The notes below the pieces were generated by a model. The model searched no databases, was not told the origin of the DNA, and saw only the letters and a list, made by a program, of their open reading frames with translations. Positions 27,056-37,377 of a stretch of DNA of 64,000 bases are shown here, one piece after another. Numbering within the stretch: the stretch's first letter is position 1; the number at the start of each line of letters is the position of its first letter. Made by a program: the position numbers and the translations under genes. The DNA is from an uncultured Gemmatimonadales bacterium (lineage in GTDB: Bacteria; Gemmatimonadota; Gemmatimonadetes; Longimicrobiales; Longimicrobiaceae), in assembly GCA_963716255.1 (NCBI GenBank), contig OY970303.1, forward strand, positions 576,001-640,000, written 5' to 3'.

Positions 27056-29775
27056 GCGGCGCCCTCCAGCCCGGCGAGCTTGTCCGCCAGCTTGCCGCGC
27101 TGCTCGGTGTACCCGGCCAGCTTCTCGCGCTCCTTGTCCACCACGGCGGCGGGGGCGCGCGCCACGAAGCTCTCGTTGGACAGCTTCTTCCCGGTGCCGG
27201 CGATCAGCCCGTCCAGGCGCTGCACCTCGTCGCGCAGGCGGGTGCGCTCGCGGTCCACGTCGATGGCGCCGGAGAGCGGGACGAAGATCTCGGCGCTGGA
27301 GCGGAGCACGGCGGTCGCGCCCACGCCCTCGCCCGCCCCCTCGAAGCCCAGGTCCTCCATGCGGCACAGGTCGCGCAGGGCGCGCACGCTCGCCTCCAGG
27401 TCGGCGCGCAGCTCGGGCGGGGCGCCCGCCACGCGCAGCGGCACCCGGTTCCCCGGCGGCACGCCGTACTCCGCGCGGATGTTGCGCACCGCCACGATCA
27501 CCGCCTGCAGTTCGGCGAAGCGCGCCTCCACGCCGGCGTCCTCCCACGCGGGGACGCGCTCGGGCCAGCGCGCCGTCATCAGCGACCCGGGGTCGCCGGG
27601 GGCCCGCGGCAGGCGCTGCCACACCGTCTCGGTGATGAAGGGCATGGTGGGGTGCAGAAGGCGCATGGCGCCGTCCAGCACGGCGGCCAGCGTGGCGCGC
27701 GCGGCGTCGCGGCTGGCCTCGCCCATCTCGCCGCGCAGGCGGGGCTTCACCAGCTCCAGGTACCAGTCGGCCAGCTCGCCGCGGAAGAACTCGTAGGCGC
27801 GCAGCACCGCCTCGTTGAGCCGGAACTTCTCCATCGCCTGGGTGGTCTCGTCCGCGGCGCGCGACAGCCGCGACAGGATCCAGCGGTCGGGGAGCTCCAG
27901 CGCGCCGGCCACGGCGTCCAGCGGCACCCGCTCGGCGTCGCCCAGCGTCATCAGCGCGAAGCGGCCGGCGTTCCAAAGCTTGTTGGCGAAGTTGCGCCCC
28001 GGGCCGAACGCCTCCTCCAGGTCCTCGTAGTTGAGCCCCTGGTCGGTGCCGGCGGCGCCCCCGGTGAGCACGGTGTAGCGCAGCGCGTCGGCGCCGAAGC
28101 GGTCCACCACCTCCAGCGGGTCGATGCCGTTGCCCAGCGACTTGGACATCTTGCGCCCCATGTGGTCGCGCACGATGCCGGTGAGGTACACGTCGCGGAA
28201 GGGCACGTCGCCCATGAACTCAAGCCCCGCCATGATCATCCGCGAGATCCAGAAGAACAGGATGTCGTGCCCGGAGACCAGGGTGTCGTTGGGGTAGAAC
28301 TTGCGCAGGTGCGGCGTGTCGTCCGGCCACCCCAGCGTGGAAAAGGGCCACAGCCACGACGAGAACCAGGTGTCCAGCACGTCGGGGTCCTGCTCGGGCG
28401 ACGCGGCGCCGCACCGGGGGCACCCGGTGGGGTCCTCGCGCGAAACGATGGTCTCACCGCACCCCTCGGCGCGGCAGTACCACACCGGGATGCGGTGTCC
28501 CCACCAGAGCTGCCGCGAGATGCACCAGTCGCGGATGTTCTCCAGCCAGTGCTCGTAGATCCTGGTGAAGCGCTCCGGCGTGAACCTCACCCGACCGTCG
28601 CGCGACGCGGCCAGCGCCGGCTCGGCGAGCGGCTTCATCTTCACGAACCACTGCTCGGAAAGGCGCGGCTCCACCACCGTGTCGCATCGGTAGCAGTGCG
28701 GCACGGCGTGGGTGTGCGCCTCCACCTTGTCCAGCAGCCCCAGCGCCTCGAAAGCCTGCACCACGGCGCCGCGCGCCTCGGTGCGGTCCATCCCGCGGAA
28801 CGCCTCGGGGGCGTTGTCGTTGACCACCGCCCCGGGCGTGAACACGTCGATGGCGGGAATGCCGTTCCGCTGCGCCATCTCGAAGTCGTTGGGGTCGTGC
28901 GCGGGGGTGATCTTCACCGCGCCGCTCCCGAACTCCGGGTCCACGAAGTCGTCCGCCACGATGGGGATGGTGCGCCCGGTGAGCGGCAGCTCCACCAGGA
29001 GCCCGTGCAGCCCGGCGTAGCGCTCGTCTCCCGGGTGCACCGCCACGGCGGTGTCGCCCAGCATGGTCTCCGGACGGGTGGTGGCCACCACCAGGTAGGG
29101 GCGCCCGTCGGGGAGCCGCGGGAGCCCCGGTGCGTCGGCGCCGGCGGCGAGCGGGTAGCGCAGGTGGTACAGCTTCCCCTGCGTCTCCTCGGGCTCGGCC
29201 TCCTCGTCGGACAGGGCGGTGAGGCAGCGGGGGCACCAGTTGATGATGCGGTTGCCGCGGTACACCAGCCCCTTGTCGTACAGCCGCACGAACACCTCGC
29301 GCACCGCGCGCGAAAGCCCGTCGTCCAGGGTGAAGCGGGTGCGCTCCCAGTCGCACGAGCAGCCCATGGCGCGGAGCTGGTCGATGATGGTGCCCTCCGT
29401 CTTCCCCACGAAGTCCCACACGCGCCCCACGAACGCCTCGCGCCCCAGGTCCTGGCGGGTCTTCCCCTCCCCGGCGAGGACGCGCTCCACCACGTTCTGC
29501 GTGGCGATGCCGGCGTGGTCGGTCCCCGGCTGCCAGAGCGTGGCGCGCCCCTGCATCCGCCGCCAGCGGACGAGCATGTCCTGCACGGAGTTGTTCAGCC
29601 CGTGCCCCATGTGCAGGGGGGCGGTGACGTTGGGCGGGGGGATGACGATGGTGTACGGCTCCGCCTCCGACTCCGGGTCGGCGCGGAAGAGGCCCTGCTC
29701 CTCCCACCAGCGGTAGAGGGGCGCCTCGTTGTCCTGCGGCGAGTACTGAGGGGCAAGCGGCTCGGACTCGGACAT
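27046..29775 (-). CDS. valS: Valine--tRNA ligase
   Basis: PPPNVT, HMGH, DHAGIATQ, DWCISRQLWWGH, KMSKS, C-terminal coiled coil. Confidence 0.97.
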   Translation of the reverse strand: MSESEPLAPQYSPQDNEAPLYRWWEEQGLFRADPESEAEPYTIVIPPPNVTAPLHMGHGLNNSVQDMLVRWRRMQGRATLWQPGTDHAGIATQNVVERVLAGEGKTRQDLGREAFVGRVWDFVGKTEGTIIDQLRAMGCSCDWERTRFTLDDGLSRAVREVFVRLYDKGLVYRGNRIINWCPRCLTALSDEEAEPEETQGKLYHLRYPLAAGADAPGLPRLPDGRPYLVVATTRPETMLGDTAVAVHPGDERYAGLHGLLVELPLTGRTIPIVADDFVDPEFGSGAVKITPAHDPNDFEMAQRNGIPAIDVFTPGAVVNDNAPEAFRGMDRTEARGAVVQAFEALGLLDKVEAHTHAVPHCYRCDTVVEPRLSEQWFVKMKPLAEPALAASRDGRVRFTPERFTRIYEHWLENIRDWCISRQLWWGHRIPVWYCRAEGCGETIVSREDPTGCPRCGAASPEQDPDVLDTWFSSWLWPFSTLGWPDDTPHLRKFYPNDTLVSGHDILFFWISRMIMAGLEFMGDVPFRDVYLTGIVRDHMGRKMSKSLGNGIDPLEVVDRFGADALRYTVLTGGAAGTDQGLNYEDLEEAFGPGRNFANKLWNAGRFALMTLGDAERVPLDAVAGALELPDRWILSRLSRAADETTQAMEKFRLNEAVLRAYEFFRGELADWYLELVKPRLRGEMGEASRDAARATLAAVLDGAMRLLHPTMPFITETVWQRLPRAPGDPGSLMTARWPERVPAWEDAGVEARFAELQAVIVAVRNIRAEYGVPPGNRVPLRVAGAPPELRADLEASVRALRDLCRMEDLGFEGAGEGVGATAVLRSSAEIFVPLSGAIDVDRERTRLRDEVQRLDGLIAGTGKKLSNESFVARAPAAVVDKEREKLAGYTEQRGKLADKLAGLEGAAWV

Positions 29776-29936
29776 CTGGACCGGCTCCTGTCTATGCGAA
29801 CGGGGCCGTGGGGCCCCGCGTCTCTGACTGGCAAATCTGGCTGTGCTTCCCAATCCGAAAGCTACGGAGGGGGGGAAGGGCGGTCAAGCGAAGACGTGGC
29901 GGCTCGCGGAGGATTGCGGCGAAAAGCGTTACGAGC

Positions 29937-30069
29937 GGGTCCGGGCGTGCCCCCGCTGGCGCGGGGTCGGGCTTCGGCTCCGTAGAGCAGCAGACTACGC
30001 TGCTCAACGGAGTCGAGCCCCGCGAAACTGCCCGCGGGTCTCGCCCCTTCGGGCCGAAATCCCTCACGC
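29937..30069 (-). repeat. Structured repeat family 1, copy E
   Basis: Stem gagcagc-agactac-gctgctc; terminal hairpin one bp shorter on both arms. Confidence 0.9.
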
Positions 30070-30253
30070 GGCTCTCGCGCTGGCGTCCGCGAGTGCGGGC
30101 CCCCTCACCCCCCGGCCCCCTCTCCCCCGCAAGCGGGGAAAGGGGGAGCACTGCACGGGGTCGTCCGGCCCTGCGCCTGGACTCGGCGGAGCGCGGTGGG
30201 TCGGCGGGCCGGTCGCAGAGGGCCGAATCCGCCCGGCTTGCACGGGATCCAGC

Positions 30254-30661
30254 TCACAGGCTGAGCTGTTCCGGCTCCCGTCCCGGCCCGTCGCCGGCAC
30301 CCGGCTCGTCCGGGAGCTGGCCGCGCAGCCAGCGCTCCATCGCCGCGAGCACGTGCCGCGTCTCCTCGTCGGTGAGCGCGCGCCCCTTCGGGATGCCGTG
30401 CCACTTCCGGAGGCAGCCGCGGCAGCAGGTGCCGGTGGCGTGCTGCGCCACGAACGCCGGGTGACTGCGCATGGGCGTCTGCCTGCCGTCGTTGGCCGGC
30501 TCCGCGACGGCCAGCCGCGCGGCGACGAACCCCGCCGCGTGTTCCATCACCGCGGCGACGCCGCGCCCACGCAGGTAAGCCAGCTCCGGCCCGCGCAGCC
30601 GGAACCGCCGCCGGAAGTCGGACCTGGAGAGTGCGGCGAAGAGATCGTCGAGGTCGCGCAT
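30254..30661 (-). CDS. DUF4186 family protein
   Basis: FRRRFRL, NDGRQTP, HPAFVAQHATGTCCRGCL.KWH. Confidence 0.88.
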   Translation of the reverse strand: MRDLDDLFAALSRSDFRRRFRLRGPELAYLRGRGVAAVMEHAAGFVAARLAVAEPANDGRQTPMRSHPAFVAQHATGTCCRGCLRKWHGIPKGRALTDEETRHVLAAMERWLRGQLPDEPGAGDGPGREPEQLSL

Positions 30662-30706
30662 GGAAGCCGAGGCGCTGAGCCGTTGTCGTTGCAGTTGCAG
30701 TTCCCC

Positions 30707-30858
30707 ACAGTTCCCAAAATCCGTACGGGGGGAGACTCGCCGGCTGTTTGGCGAGGCTCCCCCCGTGCGCAGGGAGACCCGGAGGCAGTTTTCCGGGGCT
30801 CCCGGAGCCCGCGCAGGAAACAGGCCGGAAGTTTGGCCTGGTTCCGGAGCGGCCCGCC
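30707..30858 (+). repeat. Structured repeat family 2, copy b
   Basis: Three hairpin modules, same linkers. Confidence 0.85.
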
Positions 30859-30884
30859 AAACCCGACGAAGCGGCAAGAACCGT

Positions 30885-31967
30885 CTACTCGCCCCCCGGA
30901 TACGAGCGCAGCGTCGGCGCAGCGGGATCCTCCGGGAACCCCTTGGCCAGCGCCCGCCGGAACGCCGCCACCACCTCCGGATCGAACTGCGACCCCGAGC
31001 ACCGCTCGATCTCCGCGAGCGCCACGTCCGGCGAACGTCCCGCACGGTACGGCCGCGACGAGACGATGGCGTCGAAAGTGTCCACCACGGCGATGATCCG
31101 TCCCTGGAGCGAGATCTCCTCGCCGCGCAGCCCGGCCGGGTACCCCGTGCCGTCCCAGCGCTCCTGGTGGTGCAGGACCGCCGGGAGCGCCGGCTGGAGG
31201 AACGCGCTCCGCGACATGATGGCCGCCCCGATCTCGGGGTGCCGCTTCATCACCTCGTACTCGTCGTCGGTGAGGCGCGCGGGCTTGCGCAGGATGTCGT
31301 CCGGCACCGCGATCTTGCCGATGTCGTGCAGCAGCGCCCCCACCCAAAGGTGCCGCAGCTCTTCCCCGGCGATCCCCATCTCGCGCCCGGTGGCGACGGC
31401 GCGCCGTGCCACCCGCCCCACGTGGTTGCCGGTGTAGTCGTCGCGCGCCTCCACGGCGTTTGCGAGCGAGAGGAGCGCGTCCACGAACAGGTCCTCCAGC
31501 TCGCGCGCCTGCTCGGCGACCCGGTCCTCCAGGTGCTGCTGGTAGAAGCGGTTCTCCCGCACCAGCGCGCGGTGCCGCAGCGCCCGCTCCACGGCGAGCG
31601 TCACCTCCTCCAGGTTGAAGGGCTTGAGGAGGTAGTCGTCGGCCTGGAGCCGCAGGGCGTGGATGGCGTTCTCCATGCTCCCGGCGCCGGTGAGGAGGAT
31701 GAAGGCCACCGTGTCGTCGCGCGCCTTGCAGCGCTGCAGCAGCTCCAGCCCGCCGATGCCGGGCATCTGCAGGTCGGAAAGGATCAGGTCGGCGCCCTCG
31801 GCGGCGAACACCGCTTCGGCCTCTTCGCCGCTGGTGGCCTCCCGCAGGTCGTACCCCGCCGCGAGGACGCGCAGCAGGACCCGGCGGATCGCCGGGTCGT
31901 CGTCCACCACCAAGACGCGCGGCGGCGTCCCGCTCCCGGTCGCCGGCGGAAAGGCGGCAGCCCTCAC
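30885..31967 (-). CDS. Response regulator with HD-GYP phosphodiesterase domain
   Basis: VLVVDDD, SDLQMP, LHDIGK, HHQERWDGTGYP; GTGA overlap with the upstream gene. Confidence 0.92.
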   Translation of the reverse strand: MRAAAFPPATGSGTPPRVLVVDDDPAIRRVLLRVLAAGYDLREATSGEEAEAVFAAEGADLILSDLQMPGIGGLELLQRCKARDDTVAFILLTGAGSMENAIHALRLQADDYLLKPFNLEEVTLAVERALRHRALVRENRFYQQHLEDRVAEQARELEDLFVDALLSLANAVEARDDYTGNHVGRVARRAVATGREMGIAGEELRHLWVGALLHDIGKIAVPDDILRKPARLTDDEYEVMKRHPEIGAAIMSRSAFLQPALPAVLHHQERWDGTGYPAGLRGEEISLQGRIIAVVDTFDAIVSSRPYRAGRSPDVALAEIERCSGSQFDPEVVAAFRRALAKGFPEDPAAPTLRSYPGGE

Positions 31968-32662
31968 CGCTGCGCCCCGGCCTGCGCCGCGCCGGGCTCC
32001 ACCGCGAAGCCGCCCAGCTGCAGCTGCACCTGGTGGGCGATGCGCACGCCGGGGATGCCGGCGGCGTCCACCTCGGAGGCGCCCACGCGCGCCACCTGTT
32101 TTCCGTTGACCAGGAAGCTGACCGAATCCGCCGCCACGCGGACCTCCAGTTCGTTGGGGCGCCCACCCTCCTCGGTGTCGCGGCGGATGGCGGGGTCGGT
32201 GGTCCAGGGGCGCACCACGGGGATGTCGGCGCCGGAGCGGCGGCGGATGAGGAAGCTGCCGTCGCCGCGCACCAGGAAGTAGCTGTAGCGCTGCCCGGAC
32301 TCGGGCGCGTCCAGCGACGCCCCGCCCCAGACGATGCCGTACCCCTCGTGGAGGCGCCCGTGCAGCTTCTGCATGCGCGCCCGGATGGTGTACGGGGGCC
32401 GCACCGGCGCCTGCCCCTGCCGCCAGAGCACGACGTGGGGGCCGGTCTCCACCGTCAGCGCCTCGCCGCCGCGCAGCGTCACGCCCTCGCGCGGGGCGAG
32501 CTGCCACGCCGCGGGAGACGCCACGGAGTCGGCCGGGGCGGGAGCGGCGGCGGGGGCCGCGGCGGTGTCGGCGCGTGGCTCCCGGGCGTCCGTGCGCGGG
32601 CGGTCGGCGCCGCACGCCGCGAGAAGGGCGGCGGCGGCCAGGAGGGGGAGCGTGGCTCTCAT
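31964..32662 (-). CDS. Hypothetical lipoprotein (beta-sandwich-like)
   Basis: MRATLPLLAAAALLAAC lipobox. Confidence 0.7.
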   Translation of the reverse strand: MRATLPLLAAAALLAACGADRPRTDAREPRADTAAAPAAAPAPADSVASPAAWQLAPREGVTLRGGEALTVETGPHVVLWRQGQAPVRPPYTIRARMQKLHGRLHEGYGIVWGGASLDAPESGQRYSYFLVRGDGSFLIRRRSGADIPVVRPWTTDPAIRRDTEEGGRPNELEVRVAADSVSFLVNGKQVARVGASEVDAAGIPGVRIAHQVQLQLGGFAVEPGAAQAGAQR

Positions 32663-32667
32663 GGCGA

Positions 32668-33189
32668 TCAGGGTTGCAGGGACTTCCGCAGCTCGTCCAG
32701 CGGGAGGTCGCGGATGCGCACCTCCAGCGGCACCACCAGCTCGTCCTGCGTCTGGGTGCGGAGCCGGAAGGTGTGGCGGATGTGGAGCGGGACCACGGTG
32801 CGGATGGGAACCGTGGTCTTGATGGGGAGGGTCACCTGGTGCGTCCCGAACGGCGAGCGGAAGGGGACGCGCACCTGGGTGTCGATGGGGAGCTGCGTGT
32901 TCAGGTCCACGCGCAGCCGCTCGTCCACCGGGATGTCCAGCCGCAGCGGGGTCCCCGCCGCGAGCCGGATGCGGTACTGCACCCGGGCGTCCTCCTCCGC
33001 CAGCCGGTCCAGCGCCCGCAGCGCCGTCCCCACCGCGCGGCTTTCCGCGCCGCGCAGCCACCACAGGAGGTACAGGTTGGCTCCCAGCGCGACCGCCGCG
33101 ACGACCAGGGCGGCGAGCGCGATCCCCGCCGCTCGCTCCCGCGCCGCCCGCATCAGCCCGCCCGCGCGGCCGGACGCTTCACCGTTCAC
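32668..33189 (-). CDS. Hypothetical single-TM protein
   Basis: GGAGG RBS with GTG start, one TM helix, repetitive beta-rich C-terminus. Confidence 0.65.
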   Translation of the reverse strand: MNGEASGRAGGLMRAARERAAGIALAALVVAAVALGANLYLLWWLRGAESRAVGTALRALDRLAEEDARVQYRIRLAAGTPLRLDIPVDERLRVDLNTQLPIDTQVRVPFRSPFGTHQVTLPIKTTVPIRTVVPLHIRHTFRLRTQTQDELVVPLEVRIRDLPLDELRKSLQP

Positions 33190-33290
33190 CGCATGCCCTC
33201 CTGGGAAATCGCGATTCGCCGCAAGATACAATGAGTCGGGGAGGTTTGGCGACCCCTCATTGCAGATCCGGGTCTCTTTTTACTGCAAGG

Positions 33291-33425
33291 GGGTTCGGGC
33301 GTGCCCCCGGCTGGCGCCGGGGTCGGGCTTCGGCTCCGTAAGCCCGCAAACAACGCGGGCTAACGGAGTCGAGCCCCGGCAAACTGCCGCCGGGTCTCGC
33401 CCCTTCGGGCCGAAATCCCTCACGC
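33291..33425 (-). repeat. Structured repeat family 1, copy F
   Basis: Stem agcccgc-aaacaac-gcgggct. Confidence 0.9.
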
Positions 33426-33580
33426 GGGTATCGCACTGGCGTCCGCGGGGGCCCCCTCCCCAACCCCTCCCCCAATTCCGGGGGAGGGCTTCCTGACCCT
33501 CAACTCCGGACGTGTCGTGCTTCCCCTCCCCCCTTGCGGGGGAGGGGGCCAGGGGGAGGGGGGTCGCCGTTGCCGTTCCC

Positions 33581-33731
33581 GCAGTACCCCCCAAATCCGT
33601 TGCGGAGGGAGACAGCCGGCAGTTTGGCTGGCTCCCTCCGGCGCAGGGAGACCCGGAGGCAGGTTTCCGGGGCTCCCGGAGCCCGCGCAGGAGACGGACG
33701 GCAGTATCGTCCGGCTCCGGAGCGGCCCGCC
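33581..33731 (+). repeat. Structured repeat family 2, copy c
   Basis: Three hairpin modules. Confidence 0.85.
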
Positions 33732-33739
33732 ACCACACG

Positions 33740-33770
33740 AAAAAGCCCCGGGGCACACACACCCCGGGGC
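33740..33770 (-). terminator. Intrinsic terminator of etfBA
   Basis: gccccgggg-tgtgtgtg-ccccggggc-ttttt. Confidence 0.7.
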
Positions 33771-33796
33771 CGAACGGCGAATCGGAAGAGAACCCC

Positions 33797-34780
33797 TCAG
33801 TGGACGACCTTGCGGATCTCCTCGGTCAGCCGCGGCAGGATCTGGAACAGGTCCCCCACGATCCCGTAGTCGGCCACCTTGAAGATGGGCGCCTCCGGGT
33901 CCTTGTTGATGGCGACGATGAAGCGCGACGAGCGCATGCCGGCCAGGTGCTGGATCGCGCCGGAGATGCCGACGGCGAAGTACAGCGTGGGCGCGACCGT
34001 CTTGCCCGTCTGCCCCACCTGCTCGGCGTGCGGGCGCCAGCCGGCGTCCACCACCGCGCGCGAGGCCCCCACCGCCGCCTTGCCGTTGAACGCGGCGGCG
34101 AGCTCCTCGAGGAGCTTGAAGTTCTCGGGGCTGCCCATGCCGCGCCCGCCGGACACGATCACCGGGGCCTCGGCCACGTCCAGCGCGCCGCCGGCCGCCG
34201 CGCGGATCTCCCGCACCACCGCGCCGAAGTCGGCGCCGTCCAGCGACACGGCCAGCGTCTCCACCGACCCGCCCCTGGCGTTCTCCTTGGGCGTGAAGGT
34301 GTTGGGGCGCAGCGAGAGCACCGCCGGCCGGTCGGCCACCGTCACCCTGGCGTTCAGCTTGCCGGAGTACAGCGGGCGCGACACGACCAGCTGCCCGCCC
34401 TCGGCGGAGATCGCCGTGACCTCGCTCTGGTACTCCACGCCCAGCCGGGCCGCCACGCGCGGCGCCAGGTCGCGCCCCATGGAGGTCGCGGGGAAGAGCG
34501 CCGCGTCGCAGCCGTGCTCCTTGATGAAGCCGGCGATCACCGCCGTGAACCCCTCGGGCGAGTACCGGTCGAACGCGGCCGATTCGCCCACGAACACCTT
34601 GTCCGCCCCGAAGCGGCCCAGCTCGCCGGCCGCGCCGCCGCTCCCCTCGCCGCCCAGGAGGACGGCATGGACCTCGGTACCCAGCGCGTCGGCCAGGGTG
34701 CGGGCCGCGGTCACCACCTCGTGCGCGACCTTGCGGAGCTCGCCGTCGCGCGCCTCCGCGAACGCGAAAATGCCTGCCAT
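33797..34780 (-). CDS. etfA: Electron transfer flavoprotein alpha subunit
   Basis: [33 protein letters not shown]. Confidence 0.95.
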   Translation of the reverse strand: MAGIFAFAEARDGELRKVAHEVVTAARTLADALGTEVHAVLLGGEGSGGAAGELGRFGADKVFVGESAAFDRYSPEGFTAVIAGFIKEHGCDAALFPATSMGRDLAPRVAARLGVEYQSEVTAISAEGGQLVVSRPLYSGKLNARVTVADRPAVLSLRPNTFTPKENARGGSVETLAVSLDGADFGAVVREIRAAAGGALDVAEAPVIVSGGRGMGSPENFKLLEELAAAFNGKAAVGASRAVVDAGWRPHAEQVGQTGKTVAPTLYFAVGISGAIQHLAGMRSSRFIVAINKDPEAPIFKVADYGIVGDLFQILPRLTEEIRKVVH

Positions 34781-34894
34781 GTATGTGACTCCTCAGTCGG
34801 TGTCGGATTCGGGAGGTCACAGAGAAATGGAAGAGAGAAGAGCCGCCCGGCCGTTGCCGTCGCAGGCTGTTCCCTGTTCCCTCTTCCCTGTTCC

Positions 34895-35647
<753 letters not shown>

Positions 35648-35701
35648 CTCCTTCGATCAGGGTGTTGCTCGAGCCGCCCGGGCGGCTCCCTTGGCGGCGC
35701 C

Positions 35702-35730
35702 AAGATAGCGGCCCGCCCCCCGCGTGTCCA
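35702..35730 (-). promoter_or_regulatory. Sigma70-type promoter for etfBA
   Basis: TGGACA-17 bp-TATCTT. Confidence 0.5.
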
Positions 35731-35757
35731 GCGAGCGCGCCGCGCTCCGGCGCGCCG

Positions 35758-36111
35758 CTACGGCCGCGCCGCGGCGGTGTCGCGCGGGACCGCCGGCATG
35801 GGCGCGGCCGGGGGCGCCGCGGCCCGCTGTCCCCGGGCGATGATGCTGTCGTCCGGGCTCTGCAGGCTTTCCACGTGGATGGTGCTGTCCACGATCCCCA
35901 GCGCCTCCGCCTGCTCCGGCGTCATGGAGCTGGCCTCGGCCCGCACCTGGTCGGCGGACATCCCGTCCAGCGCCTGCCGGTTGGTGGTGTCGGTCACCGC
36001 CGTCGTGTCCGCCGCCGCGGCGCTCCCGCCCTCGTCGCGGCCGCACCCGGCGGCGACGAGGGCGCACGAGAGCGCGAGAACGAGCGGGCGGCGGGCAGCG
36101 CGTGGCTTCAT
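35758..36111 (-). CDS. Small hypothetical lipoprotein
   Basis: GGAG RBS; MKPRAARR...VAAGC lipobox. Confidence 0.65.
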   Translation of the reverse strand: MKPRAARRPLVLALSCALVAAGCGRDEGGSAAAADTTAVTDTTNRQALDGMSADQVRAEASSMTPEQAEALGIVDSTIHVESLQSPDDSIIARGQRAAAPPAAPMPAVPRDTAAARP

Positions 36112-36179
36112 CGCAATGGCTCCAGATGTCGGGAACACGGCACGGACGCGGCGCACCGGGCGCGCGCCGCGTCCGGGCG

Positions 36180-37256
36180 TCAGGCGGGCGAGGAAGCCGC
36201 CTCGTCCGCCCGGGCCAGGAACTCGCGGACGCGCTCGTACACGTCGCCCGGGCGCTCCCAGTGCGGGAGCGCGCCGGTGGGGAGCGCGGCCACCTCCACG
36301 CCGGGCCGCCCCTCCAGCTCGGGGAGGTCGGTGAACGTCTCCATGCGGCGGTCGGCCACCGTGCCGTACACCACCAGCAGCGGCTGGCGCAGGCGGCGGA
36401 ACGACTCGCGCGCATCCTCCGGGAAGAGCCGGCCGCTGAGGAAGTCGTCCAGCGGGCGCGCGGCGCCCTCCACCCGGGCGGTCTCCGCGCCGTACTCCAC
36501 GTACTCCTCCGGGACGCCGAACTCCGGGGTGAACAGCTCGTCGCGCGCGAAGCGGTAGAGCGCCTCCGGGGTGGTCAGCCGGTCGTAGAAGGCACGCTGC
36601 ACCCCCGGCAGGGTGAAGAGCAGGCGCGACCAGATGCGGGGGATCTCCGTGGGCTCCTCGCCCAGCCCCACCGGCTCGATCGCCGCCAGCGAGTGGATCA
36701 GGTCCGGGCGGCGGCGCGCCACCTCGGCGGCGTAGGTGGCCCCCAGTGAGAGCGCCACCACGTCCACCCCGCCGCGCGGCTGGATCACCTGCTCCAGCCA
36801 GTGCTCCAGCTGGTCCTCCAGGAGCCGCGGCGTGTACTCCACCTCGGGGCGGTCGCTGTGGCCGAAGCCCAGCCACTCCAGCGCCAGCACGGGGCGCTCG
36901 CTCTCCCGCTGGAAGCGCTGCACCAGCGGGCGCATCTCGTGCGCCGAGGCCACCGCGTTGATGGAGTGCAGGAACACCACCGGGCGCCCCCGCCCCCGCC
37001 GCGAGTAGTACGCGTAGTGGAACTCCTGCCAGGGGACGTAGTCCAGCCGCAGGTTGAGCGCGTTGGGGAGCTCCGTCACGGGGCGGCGCCGCGTGCGCGA
37101 GCTCCCCATCAGGTACACCCCGTACGCCGCCACCGCCGCGGCCGTGAGCCCCGCGGCCGCCTTGCCGGCCTTGCTTCCCAGGATCCCCTTGCCGCCTTCG
37201 GCGTCCCGGGCCTTCTCCAGCGCCGTACGGCGCTCCTTGTCGCGATCGCGCTTCAT
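36180..37256 (-). CDS. Alpha/beta-fold hydrolase with N-terminal anchor
   Basis: PVVFLH, GFGHSDRP, ALSLG nucleophile elbow, LPHWE. Confidence 0.82.
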   Translation of the reverse strand: MKRDRDKERRTALEKARDAEGGKGILGSKAGKAAAGLTAAAVAAYGVYLMGSSRTRRRPVTELPNALNLRLDYVPWQEFHYAYYSRRGRGRPVVFLHSINAVASAHEMRPLVQRFQRESERPVLALEWLGFGHSDRPEVEYTPRLLEDQLEHWLEQVIQPRGGVDVVALSLGATYAAEVARRRPDLIHSLAAIEPVGLGEEPTEIPRIWSRLLFTLPGVQRAFYDRLTTPEALYRFARDELFTPEFGVPEEYVEYGAETARVEGAARPLDDFLSGRLFPEDARESFRRLRQPLLVVYGTVADRRMETFTDLPELEGRPGVEVAALPTGALPHWERPGDVYERVREFLARADEAASSPA

Positions 37257-37377
37257 GGCTGCCCCTGTCTCCGCTCCGGTCGCCGGAATCCACTTCCCCC
37301 CACGCAAGCCTCATGCAACAGGAGGGCCCGGCTCCCCGCGCCGGACCCTCCCTCGGCCGTTCCCGCCGCCGCCCGGG

